Shown piece after piece: positions 12,519 to 24,163 of a stretch of DNA of 33,000 nt. How positions within the stretch are numbered: position 1 is the first letter of the stretch; the number at the start of each line of letters is the position of its first letter. The notes beneath the pieces were generated by a model that was not told where the DNA came from, searched no databases, and saw nothing but the letters and a program-made list of their open reading frames with translations. The DNA is taken from contig FLMG01002957.1 of the NCBI GenBank assembly GCA_900088475.1, positions 1 to 33,000 of the forward strand, in the 5' to 3' direction. A program made the position numbers and the translations under genes. The stretch comes from Hyphochytrium catenoides. Lineage: Eukaryota; Protista; Hyphochytriomycota.

Positions 12519-15500
12519 ATGGCTAGCCTTAAGCAAGATGACTTCAGAAAGCTGCTCCTGGAAGGAAAGGCTCAGCCTTCCACGGCGCCTGCGAATAGTG
12601 GGGAGAGCGAGGCGCAAAAGCGCAAGAATGAGGATGAGTCCGCAGCTTCTAAGAAAAAGAAGCCGAGACCGCTGACAAAATAGTAAGTCCGGACAATGGA
12701 TGCCATGGTGTAAGCAGAGAAAGAGAGAGGTAGCTACAGGTTCACGGATGGAGCCAGAGAGCCTGTGGAGAATGAAAGAGAAAGAGTACTTACAGGTCTG
12801 AGGCAGAGACTCACCTAGCGCCCATGGCGTTTTTTAGCATGCAGAGAAAGCAGGCGGAGCAGGAGGCCGAAGAGGACGAGGCCAACAATCAGCTAATGCG
12901 TGGCAAGTATAGAGACAGAGCAGCGGAGCGCCGGAAGGGCATCAACGTGGATTATGATCCCAACATAGAGAAGATGGTAACACGCTATCTGACCCTACAC
13001 ATTTCAACTTTAAGCTTATACAGCCCTATCCTTCTCTACTCTCACATATCTCTATTTTCTTTTGCATCTCTCTCTGTCTCCCTACGTTCTCTTCCCCTCT
13101 ATCCTCAAGAATCTTCTGGAGCAATATCATTGTGTCTTCTCGGCCTGTCCTGGAGCCTTCCCTATCTCTTGTGCCCATCTCGCGTCTCTCTCTCTTTCTC
13201 TCTTTTTTACGTGCTGTCTTACGGACGCGTACCACTCTTTCTCTCTTCCTCCTCTTCGGGGTTCTCTCCTGTCCTCCTCCCCTCGTTCTCGTAGTATATC
13301 TCTAATTTTACCTCTCTTTCCCTCGTTTTTAACCTCTCATGTCGCTCTCGCTATTCCTATGTGTGGTGTCTCTCTCTCTCTCTCTCTCTTTCCTACTCCT
13401 CATCTCCCTCTCTTGCTCTCTCCCCTCTCATAAACCTTTGTGGTCACTCCTGTCCAGGCCCTGGATGCGGAACAAAGTAAATTCTTAGGAGGAGATTTTG
13501 AGCACACGCACTTGGTGAAGGGACTGGACTATGCGCTGCTGGCGAAGATCAAGAGCGACAAGGAGAAGGCAATGGCGCAACTGCAGAAGTACAAGGACCA
13601 GGGATCGGCATCTGTCTCTCCAAAGGCAGAGCTTGCTAGTACGTGTCTAGTCCTCAAACCCCCGCCCGGCCCATAAGCCCTCCTTCTCCCATAAGTGCCT
13701 TTCCCTCTCTTTCTCTCTCTTATGTCTGTCTCTCTTCTCTCGACTCTGCTCTTCATCTCCCATTCTTTCCCATTTTCTTCACTCATCGCTTGTCTCCTAC
13801 CATCTGTCCTCCAAAGCTGAGATCTCAGGATCATTTTCTCACCCTACTCTGCCTCGATATCTCTCCTGTCCCTCCTCGGCTTCTCTCCTCTCTGGCTACC
13901 CTGTCGCGTCTCGTGTCCTTTCTCATGTGGGAATGACTATCCCGCAGCTCTGGAAAGCCCAACAGCCAGAGTGCAGGAGCCGCTAACCTTCAAGAGCCAA
14001 CTGGCGCGTCGGATTTGGCGTCAGCTCTCGACGGCGCCAGCCTCTACGGGCGAGCAGAAGAACGAATGGTTCCTCCCTGGGCGGCTATGGTTTTCTTTTA
14101 ATCTGCAAGCAGATGGGCCAGACATGCCTCTGCTGACTCACTATAGTAAGGAGGATTGCCCTGCAGTGGCGGAGAGACACACAGATTTGCTGCCAGAAGC
14201 GCTTACATCAAAGTTAAAGGATATCATGACCCTCGTGCGGCAGGTGAGCACCGTCGGGACAATGAAAGAGAAAGAGCAACCAAAAGTTCACCTTCCCTTT
14301 CAAGCTCTTATCTAAGCGTGTTTTTCTCTCTTTTCCTTCGCTTACCCACTCCACTCTTGTCTCCCTATCTCTAATAATAGACTTTTCTAGAAGGCTAGGA
14401 TCCTTCTTCTAACCTTTATCTCTTCGCTGGTCTGCAATGATCACCTGTGCTCCCTCCGTTCTTGCCTTAGGGCCATCACAAGCCTAATCGCCGCAGGAAG
14501 AAGGAACAGAACGAGAGCAGCATCTCAGTCGAGACAGCTTCCAATGGCCGTCCTCCTGTTCCGCCTCCTCGACCGGAGGACATCTTCGAGGACGACGAGG
14601 ACGACGACATATTCCCCAGTGCCACTCCTTCTCCTGCTGCTCGGAAGCCCAACGCCTCTCTCCCTGCGCGGCCCATTGTCACTGCGAAGGCTGCAGCTTG
14701 GGGTTCTGGGGCGAGCAAGGGAGGAAAAGGCTACTTCTCGGACTTGGGGCTCACCACGAAGAAAGCGAGAGAAGAGGAGGAGGAGGCTGCTCAAGAGACG
14801 GACAAGTTGGCGCCGATGGATTGGAAGAGAATTGCTTCTCGTGCCGGTACGTTCTCACGGGCCGCAGGAAGAATAACTGCCGTTTTCCTCCTCGTCTTTC
14901 TCGATGGTGGCCTCTTGCCCTGTCTTCCTGGACAGTGGACTTCTCGGCGATAGCTTTTGCTTCCTGGTTGAAGGTCCGCTTCTCTTCTCTTCTCTTCTCT
15001 CTCCTCACTCTCTCTCTTTCTTTCCCTTTCCTGCGCACGGCGCTAAAATGAACAAACCACATTCGCTGTCTTTGCGTAGCATCCGAGGCTGGGGTACAGG
15101 TGAAGCGGTCGCAGGTCGAGCAGATGATTGAACGAGAAGAGAGCCAGCCTTTCAAACCTCCGAAGGAAACAGACGACTACGACCAGTACTTTGAATATGG
15201 AGGAATCCCAGCTTACGACAGCGAAGAGGTTTGTACCTGATCTCTCCGCCTCTTTTTTTTGTTTGTCTCTTACTCTGTCCTTCTCTCGATTGGTGTCTCT
15301 CTCTCTCAGTCTCGGTCTCTCTTTATGTCTCTATCGCTCCGTTCAGTCTCGGTCTCTCTCTCCCATTTGTTGTCACTGTCCACACTCTTGATAATTGGTC
15401 TCTCCCATAGACTTCTCTGTCTCGTGCTCTCTCTCTGTCAAAGTCCCTCTTTTGGAAAAATGTCATGGCTTGCCTCCAACTTACCTCGCTTCGCGTTTCC

Positions 15501-15886
15501 CAGGAGGACGGGCCTCGGCCAAGCACTGGTTTGGGTCAGGCAGGCTCTTCTCAAGAAAAGAGCAAAGGCGGAGGAAAGAAGAAAGGAAAGAAGGCCGCTG
15601 CCGAGCTCAGCCAGAAGGAGAGAGCGAAGAAGAAGGAGCAGAAGCTTGATGCCAGTTTGAACAAGATCACACAGGTACCGTAAGAAAGAGAGAAAGAGTC
15701 CTATAGGCAGGAGAGAAGTGGCAGAATTAGACTGTCTGGAAGAAGAGAAAGAGAAAGAACGATGAGAGAGAGAGTCCTGGTGAAGAGATGGAAGACCAAG
15801 ATTGGCAATCGTCTCCCCGGCACTGACGCTACTATTCCACTATCTCATAGATATTGAAGGACAAGTATCACCACACGGCACTCTAG
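12519..15886 (+). CDS. IK: RED-like spliceosomal protein (IK/RED/SMU2 family)
   Basis: Exons 12519-12682, 12838-12976, 13458-13638, 13948-14243, 14471-14846, 15080-15228, 15504-15674, 15851-15886. RED N-terminal motifs LKQDDFRKLL, KYRDRAAERRKG and SKFLGGDFEHTHLVKGLDYALL; also NEWFLPGR and C-terminal KLDASLNKITQIL. Confidence 0.9.
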
Positions 15887-15945
15887 GCGGTCGGATAAGC
15901 CTTGCGCTACCCTTGGAAGGGCGGGCAACTTAGCCAAAGCCGAGT

Positions 15946-15983
<38 letters not shown>

Positions 15984-16292
15984 CAGAGAGAGAGACAGAG
16001 AGAGAGAGACAGAGAGAAAAAACGAAAATAGAAAGAGAGCAGAAAAAAGAGAGGGAGCGAGCGATAGAGAGACCCTGCCACAAATGCCCTGTATAGGGAG
16101 TCACCCACCTGCCTCCTTCAAGGGCTTAAAGAGTGAGAGCTTGCCCACAGCAGTCCGCACCTGCGCCTCCGGCCATCGCTCCCTCTCTCTCTCTTTCTCT
16201 CTCTTCCTCCCGTTCCTTTGGTGGAAACAGGTTTTCTCTTCTCTCTCTGTCCGGACATCAGACCTGCAAAGGGTCACTCTACCAAGAAATAT

Positions 16293-16603
16293 GGATGGAG
16301 AACGCAGCAGTGTCCCTGAGGATGCCCTGCAGGAGCAAGGCAGACACGCCGGAGAAGATCGAAGAAGAGGATGATGGCAGTGCACAGCCATCGGCGTCCG
16401 CCAATCTCCTCAGTGTGCATAGATGGGCACATCATCTGACACGGCAGCAAGAAAAAGAGAGACAGGTGTTGGAGATCTACACAGCTATTAACAATCATAT
16501 GCTTAAAGCAAGACTCCCCCTGCACGATGGAGAAAGAAAGCATGCACTCTTAGCCTCTCTCTCTCTCTCTCTTTTCAGCCAAAAGGTGCAGTCATCCGCG
16601 TAG
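16293..16603 (+). CDS. Possible small hypothetical protein (MENAAVSLRMPC…RQVLEIYTAINNHMLKARL…)
   Basis: An ATG-led, non-repetitive open frame of ~100 codons between the RED and Maf 3' ends. No family recognised, so it may be UTR. Confidence 0.25.
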
Positions 16604-16997
16604 ACGAGACGGCACCAGGGAAAAAGAGGGAACTCGGGTCTATTCAAATCTTAGGATATGAAACATCTCCAGAGAGATCTATAGGGGTTGGAAGGGAGAG
16701 AGAGAAGAAGGGAGAGAGAGAGAGAGAGTAGGGCGACGCTTTTCTATCTGAAAGCAGCTGGCATACGATGTTGGTCTCTCTCTGTCGTCTGTCTTCCATT
16801 TGTCCTCCGCAGCCCAGTCTCTCTAACACTCAGCAGAGCGCATCCGTCTATGATAGGGCCATGGGACGAACGCTAAGAGAGAGCTCTGCCTCTCTAGAAA
16901 CCGTTTGGATACAACGAGCTAGAGCGAGAGAGAGAGAGAGAGACCGGAACAGACTTTGTTCTGCTCTTAGTCATTCTTAACTGCTTGATGCTGGTGA

Positions 16998-17313
16998 TCA
17001 GCGCAGCTTGCCCTCACTGAGGAGAGAGATGATCTGCAGGGCGGTGGAGTGCATGGGGAAGCCCATCACGTTGAAATAACAGCCGCTGATGCTGCGGACG
17101 AAGGATCCTGCGCCGCCTAACGAAGTAGACAGAGGATTGCACGGTCATCCTCCAGCTTCTCAGCCACGACTGATAGACTGGTCTTCCCTTTCCGCTCTCT
17201 TGGTCTCTCTTGGTCTCTCTCGTTCTCTCTCTCTCCCTCTCTCTGTCTCTCTCTCTCCTCCCCTCCCTCTCTCTCTCTCTCTCTTACTCTCTCTGTCTCT
17301 GTCTCTCTCTCTA

Positions 17314-17349
<36 letters not shown>

Positions 17350-18520
17350 TACACACACTCTCCGTCCCCTCATCATCATTGCTGTGGCTCTCCTCCCTAT
17401 CAGTTCGTCTCTCTCTCTCCGTTGGAGTCTCACTCTTTCTCTCTACTATCCCACTATGAAGAAGAATCCTTAGTACCTTGAATGCCATAGGACCCAGCTT
17501 TATCCATCGGCTCTCCTGTCGCCACGTAGCCTGAGATAATAGCGGAAGAGAGAGAGCCGCAGGAAGAGGTAAAAGACGAGAGAGAGAGAGAGATAAAGTG
17601 GGAAGACAAAGAGAAAGGGTTAGGGAGGAAGTGACTGCCACAGGACGAGAAGAAATTACTTCGAATAGCTTCCAGAGGAAGGTCTCCAAAGGTGACGGCT
17701 GTCTTCTCATGGAAGAGAAGCTCGTCGTTGTTCTGCGGGAGAAGGAGAGAGACGCCGGAATAGACGTGGTGTGTCTTTCCTGAGAGCATCTGCAGAGTCC
17801 GCACTGCCTCAGACTCATCCTGTTCAGAGGCAAAGAGAGAGAAGATTGAAGAGAAGAGGGAGGAAGCGTCAGAAAAATTGAGAGAGGAAAAGAGAGATAG
17901 AAAGAGAGGAAAGCAAACAGAGGAAGAGGGAAGACAGAGAAAGAGAGAGAAAGAATGAAAGAGCGCTGGAGTACGGAGAGAGATATGGAGAGGACATTGA
18001 GGAAGGCGGGGACCATTCCCGCCCAAGAGGCATCGCACTACCTGTGGTTTTTCTAGAATTTTATCCCCTAAGACCTGCACAAACAGGAGATTGAAGGTGA
18101 GTCACTGGGTCTCCAGAGAGAGAGAGAGACAGGGAGAGAGAGAGAGAGAGAGAGACAGAGAGAGTGAGAGAGAGAGAGAGAGAAAGACAAACAGAAAGCG
18201 GGAGAGAGAGCGAGAGAGAAAGCGGGAGAGAGAGCGAGAGAAAAAGCGGGAGAGAGAGAAAGATAGGAGCGAGATTCGTAGGCTCACTACTTAGCAGAAG
18301 AGGAGAAAGAGGAGAGACACAGAGATAGATGGAAGAGAGAGAAAGCGTTGAAAGCGAAGAGATTGCAAGAAAGACGAGAATTGGGACTCACGACGACAGT
18401 GTCGCATCCAATAATTAGGTCCGGAACCGCCTGTCTCCCCTTCAAACTCTGCAGGACGTCCAAAGCCTTCAGTCGCGCATTCTCCTCTACATAGTGTGCC
18501 TAAAGGAAGAGAGAGTGTGA

Positions 18521-18595
<75 letters not shown>

Positions 18596-19319
18596 GAGGA
18601 AGGTGTAGAGAAAGAGAGAAGAGACGTGGAGAAAGAAGGGGTCGGCGAGATTCTGACAGAAGGGGATGGAAGGATAAAGAAAAAGAGTCACGAGGAGAGA
18701 GAGAGAGAGAAACGCAGGGACAGAGGCGTGGCTGTTCAAAAGTCGGATTAAGACAGAGAGGGAACAAAGAGAGAGAGGGAAGAAAGAGAGAGAGAGTGCA
18801 TTGATGCGGTGGGCGGAAAAAAGAGAGGGAAAGTGCGGCGGTGATCGAGAGAGAGAGAGAGAGAGAGAGCAAGGAGGATATAGACAGACGGAAGACAAGA
18901 GCAGGTCAAACCGGAGATGGGAAGAGAGACTTGTCCAGATCTTCTTCAAACTTTGACGGGATAACTTCAAACTTGAGTCCCTGCAGGAGCCCGAGAGTCA
19001 GAGCATTAGAGAGAGAAGCGAGAGTGCAATAGAGAGCGTCGAAAGGAAGAGAGGGAGGTAGGGAGGAGAGAGAGAGAGAGTGAGAGAGAGAGAGAGAGAG
19101 AGAGACTTACCAGCCTGGCCAGTAGCTCCACCCTCCGCGGGCTCTACGACAGAGAGGGTGGAGACAGTTAGAGGAGCTGAGATGGGAGAGAGGGGAGAAG
19201 TAGGCGGAGACAGAGGAGAAGAAGACAACAGAGAGAGAGAAGAGAAGAGAGAAAGAGGAGCTGATAGGGTAGCTGAAGACTCAAGACGAACGACATATAA
19301 ATGGCGAGAGAAGGGGGAC

Positions 19320-19375
<56 letters not shown>

Positions 19376-19477
19376 GCGACACTTGTGCAGCTGCTGTTAA
19401 GGAGAGAGTCTATGTCTGACTTGTGAGGCGAGGATGATCGACTTCTGGGAGAGCTGCGACTGAAAGGCCGCCAACAT
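16998..19477 (-). CDS. Maf-like nucleoside triphosphate pyrophosphatase (YhdE-type, dTTP/UTP)
   Basis: Exons 19477-19421, 19143-19111, 18980-18912, 18499-18392, 18074-18042, 17819-17660, 17530-17477, 17116-16998. Motifs IILASQSPRR, SKFEEDLDK, IIGCDTVV, ILEKP, MLSGKTHHVYSGV, EPMDKAGSYGIQG, GCYFNVMGFP. The SPRR/DTV/IQG residues are YhdE-subfamily-like. Confidence 0.93.
18195..18258. repeat. 24-nt minisatellite (aaagcgggagagagagcgagagaR x~2.7) in a Maf intron
   Basis: Directly visible; derived from the GA microsatellite. Confidence 0.75.
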
Positions 19478-19945
19478 TGTTTCTTCCCAGCGCCACAGAG
19501 TTGGAGCTCCGTCCTCTCCCTTCCCTCTGCTCACTGGCTCAACGTCGCGCCTGCTTGTCTCTTCGGCTGATGGATGCACTTGATGTGTGAGCTTGCTGGA
19601 CGGAAGAGGGGGAGAGGAAGGAGAGAGAGAGAGAAAGTGAGAAAGAAGAGAAAAGATAGGATAGGGAAGAGAGGAAGAGCAGAACCAAAAAGCTCCTCGA
19701 GATAATAATGAGATGACTGATAGGGAAGCAGATGGCGGCAGACAAACCGGAGGGTGTAACAGTGGGGGTGATGGTCAAAGTAAGGTCATTAGTTAGAAGA
19801 TCGTACAGAAAGAGGAGAGAGAAAGGGAAGAGAGAGAGAGAGTGAGGGTGAGCGAGAGCGAGCGAGAAAGAGAAAGGGGAAGAGTGAGAAAGAGTGAGAA
19901 TGAGTGAGAGAGTGAGAATGAGTGAGAGACAGGGGGTTGAGAAAG

Positions 19946-19985
<40 letters not shown>

Positions 19986-20027
19986 AAAGAGAGAGAGAAA
20001 GAGAAAGAGAGAGAAAGAGAGAGAGAG

Positions 20028-20060
<33 letters not shown>

Positions 20061-20328
20061 GAGAGAGAAAGAGAAAGACACAGGCAGTAAAAGGTCCGAC
20101 ACCCTTTGAAAGGAAGGGCAGAAGAGACATTGGAGAAAGAAGAGTTAGGGAAAGGGAGAGAGAGCAAGAAGAACACAGCTTCGGAAGAGGTTGATATTTC
20201 TGATTAGACAAATATTATTCCAGACAGAGCTGGAAGTCATGTGCTTATTCGGAATAACCGGCCAATTTGTACGGTACATGGAGGACAGGATCCACTATTC
20301 TCTTGAGATCAGAACTCTGGGGAGAGAG

Positions 20329-20369
<41 letters not shown>

Positions 20370-20370
20370 A

Positions 20371-20414
20371 NNNNNNNNNNNNNNNNNNNNNNNNNNNNNN
20401 NNNNNNNNNNNNNN
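20371..20414. other. Assembly gap (N run) inside a GA microsatellite
   Basis: Run of n characters. Confidence 0.99.
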
Positions 20415-20914
20415 GAGAGAGAGAGTGAGAGAGAGACGAGAGAGACAGAAACACAGAGAGGAAAGGGAGAGGACAAAAGAGAACGACGAGGGAAGAGACG
20501 GGAAGGTAGAGGGAGAACAAGAAGAAGAAAAGGCTGATTGATGATCCGTGCACGAGAGGATAAAAGGAAGAGCGATCTCCAGCTGTTCTCTAAACGAAGA
20601 AAGTGCTGTCTCTGGCACGCAAAAGAAGAGAAAGAGAAGCCACGGCAATCCAGACGAGGGAGGAGGAGGACAAGGTAAGACGGAGAGAAAGAGAGAGACG
20701 AGCTGAAGGACGACAATCGCTCCGCAGATTTAAAAAGTTCTCCGTTAGCTCAAGTACTTTCAGCTTTTGCCATCGAGTGAGTCCTTTCTCCTTTGAATCT
20801 ATTGTCTGACTTCAGAGCACTGGGTTAGCCCTCAATCTCTCTCTTGAATTCCTGTCTTTTAAGAGCGCTCGCTCTCCTTGTCTCTCTCTATCTCTTGCTG
20901 GGCACTGACTCCTC

Positions 20915-21404
20915 ATGGAAGCTGCTGCCATTGATTCTTCCAACATGAGCACAAGCGCAGAGCCCGAGCCGCCTCTTCCTACTGAGGAAGATAACACAGC
21001 GCTCTTCAAGTCAAGCACGACTCTTTCCGCTGAGGAGGCGGTGGAGCGGCTGCACACGACCTATGTCAGACAGGAGATCTCCACCGCAGAGTTTGCCAAG
21101 TCATGGAAGGTGGCCAGGCTTCTCTTCTCTCTGTTCTCTTCGTTGTACTTCTCTCTCTCTCTTTCTTGATAGTCTCTTCCGAACCCAATCCGCTCTCTGT
21201 CCTATCTCCTGGTCTATCTCTCATTGTCGCTCCTTGTTGCCTCCTTTCTCTCTCTCTTCTTCACCAGGTCAGCCCTATGTTTCCATCTTCTCATCCCTGG
21301 AGCCCTTCCTCTTGCTTTTCTATCTTCCCTTTACGGTTGCGCCTCCTCTTTCCTTTAACCTGGCCTCCCCATCACTGCTGAGCCACCGCTACTTCTCTCC
21401 TCCC

Positions 21405-21439
<35 letters not shown>

Positions 21440-21844
21440 CAGAAAATGCTGGGAGTCTTCATGATGCTCTTCCTCGGCGCATCTCTCTTCTCCATGCAGA
21501 AGCTGTTCCCCATCACCAATTTCCTCGCTTTCGAAGTGCTGACCATGGTCTCCTGCGTCACGAGCTATCTCTTCGTCCAGAGAGCGGACGGCGCTGTCAA
21601 ATATTTCCAGGCCGCGCTCCTCCTGGCGCTGCTGCAGGCGGGCTGGTGGCTGTATGTCAACGTCTATAAGCCGTCAGTGCTCGAGTCCGTGCCAAGAGAG
21701 TGGGATCTGGACGTCCACCAGTTCCCGCTCGGCTCTCTCTTCTTCTTCGTTGCATGGGCCTTCGACCGTCTCTCGGTCAAGACGTCGAACCAGGTTGTCG
21801 AGCTGCGGAAGGAGGTGATTTCCCTAGAGAAGAAGTCTCTGTAA
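20915..21844 (+). CDS. Uncharacterised ~198-aa multi-pass membrane protein (about 4 TM, C-terminal short coiled coil ending EKKSL)
   Basis: Exons 20915-21109 and 21443-21844 are joined in phase 0 across a CT-rich GT-AG intron. GC3-rich codon usage and four hydrophobic stretches. Confidence 0.75.
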
Positions 21845-24119
21845 AGGAGAACGATAAAGCCAAGAGCTCTCTCTCTCCTCTGACTTTCGGCCTCTTTCCT
21901 TCTCTTTTCTCTTTGTCTTTCTCCCCCTGCTTGCTGGACCATTGGCCGGTGCAAGGGTTAGGGAAGACCTTCTACATATCTCTTTCTGAGCCGATGTATA
22001 CTCTTAATATGTATGAGGAACTTTGCCTCTTCACATGATGACTTTCATCGTTTCTTCTCAGTTGCAAGGGCTTTTGGACATGGCCGTCTCTAGCTGTTAC
22101 CAAGCTTGGAGAGATAAGAAAGAGAGAGGGAAAGGAGGGAGGTTGCAGGGAGAGAGAGACAGAGGGAACGAGAGGATGGTGCAGAAATTCACCATGTCTT
22201 AGGACACAAGAGTATAGAGACAGAGATCTACTGACCGCTCCTAGGCCTTTCTTCCTTCCTAGCTGCTGGCATCTTCTCTTCTTCATCGCAACAGACAATA
22301 TAAGAGACATGGCAGGATAGCTCCCCCCGCTTTCTCTCTCTCTTATCCTTGCTTCCTTATATAAACCGAAACCTCTCCATGCCTGAGCTTCTGGGCGCAT
22401 CACTGCCTGGCTGTGGAGAGCTCTTGATGACTCCCAAGGCGTCAGCTATGAGATGATAAATTGTGGTCAGAGGTAGCGAACAGGAGGGAGCCTAAAGGAT
22501 CGTATCGATCGCACCACGGATCTCAGTACACGCTACCGATTACTGACAAGGGATTGGACCTTGTTCTCTTTCTTTCTTTTGCTCTCTTGCCTCCGCCTCC
22601 GCTGAACCGTATCCTTCTGATACTTTCTCTCTCTTCTTCTTTCTGATACTTTCTCTCTCTCTTTCTTTCTCGAGTGGCGAATCCTAGTACGCTCGTGCTC
22701 TGCGGGGAGTTAGGGCGCTTCTCAAATGATACTGCAGGGGTTGCCATGATTTCTCTTTTTCGGCAATATCCTCAGCTCTTCTTAACCTATTTGGCTTGTT
22801 TTACTGGCCCCAGAGACTGGCGCGTCACCTGCGGCCTGTTACGCAACCCCGTGCCCGCCTTGAGAGGATGGAGCCAGTGCTGGGTCGCGTTTGTCTCCCT
22901 TTTGAAAGAACTGGTCAAGGCAAGCGCCAACAGTGGCTATCATTGCACCGTCCGAAAGCGTGGAAGAAGCTACGGCAGCATCTAACATAGGTCAAGCTGT
23001 CAGGCATGGTGCAGCGGAATGTCTGTTGCACTGATGGTCATGATGAGACATACACCTTGCGCGTAGAAAGTTCCTTAGAGAGCCAAGTGATCAGCAATAA
23101 TTAGTATCCATCGCAGTAGGAGGGGTGAGAAGACTGTGAGAAGAACTTTCTCCTCCCGCTTCTAGTCTGTTCTTCATGCCGTGGTCAAAGAGCAGCACGC
23201 CACTTGGACATAAAAAGGCGTTTAGTTCAGTCATCAGCCATCCGTAAGCAAGGGTGAGAGGAGAAGTCTGAAAGGATAGAAGCGCTTCTTCAGAGCTTCT
23301 GCTGGCCCTGGTAAAAAAGTATTTAGTTAACCGGACGGATGCTTCGCTGGAAACATGTTCCCACAGCCGTGAGTTCTATGAGAAATGGTTGCTGACGCCG
23401 CGACGGTGAGCGTAAGAAAGCTACCACTAGGCGAAGATCTATAGCGATTCCACGGATCAGAGACAGCCGTCTGCATGTGGAACTACCCAGAGAAGAGCGA
23501 AACGTCGCCACATGAGTGCAGATATTGTATAAGAATGACGGCCGGAGGAGTGCGGATAGGTTGCCTGCTCGTGCAAGTGATAGGAGGGCAGACACGGGTA
23601 GTTGCGGAAGGACGGACAAGCGCCTCAATATGACATGGTTCTTCATATCCCACAGGTGGAAGGCATTCCCTAAGCTTTATGCCGTCACGGCGTAGGGGAA
23701 CAGCACGGTTGCCCGCACTGCCTCTGTCTTATAATAGAACTGCCGTGACGATCAGCCGGGGCGCCGGAAGCTTCCTCTCGCCTTCGACACTGTCTTTGGA
23801 TATCAGGAAGGAGGACCTTGAAGTAGCTCAGCAGAGGCAGAAAGGTCGACATTCCCTAACATTTCCCAGCCTTCTCCTCCTCCTCCTCGCTCTGACAAAC
23901 CATGCAACCATCCTTTCTTCCCCAGTCCTTCGCCTCTGTGTCTTCCATATGTCTTCCATATAATAGAAAGGGCTTCGAGGTTGCGGGCCAAGCCATCGCT
24001 GATAGAACACAGCAGGTAGTTCTAATAAGAGAAGAGAGGACAGCGGCACAGTGCGGCCTGGCGGGCAAACTCACAAAGATCCTCGCGTCACACAGTAGGC
24101 TCATCGCCTAATAACTGAT

Positions 24120-24163
24120 GAGCTCCGCCTAAATTTCTATCGAGCTCCGCCTAAATTTCTATC
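24120..24163. repeat. Perfect 22-nt direct tandem duplication (gagctccgcctaaatttctatc x2)
   Basis: Directly visible. Confidence 0.92.

Larger units (their letters stand above)
1..21440. repeat. Dense (CT)n/(GA)n microsatellite tracts, mostly intronic (e.g. 615-1050, 2090-2190, 3000-3145, 17200-17350, 18535-18600, 19320-19375, 19940-20080)
   Basis: Directly visible. CT is on the sense strand of the host gene in most introns. Confidence 0.95.

Noticed and set aside
532-21464. Numerous long Ser/Leu-rich or Arg/Glu-rich ORFs in the ORF track
   Set aside because: They are translations of stop-free (CT)n/(GA)n intronic microsatellites, not proteins.
23040-23100. Box C (ATGATGA) suggesting a C/D snoRNA (also at ~22035)
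   Set aside because: No appropriately placed CTGA box D with a terminal stem.
24120-24163. CRISPR-like direct repeat
   Set aside because: Two adjacent copies with no spacer, no cas genes, and a eukaryotic context.
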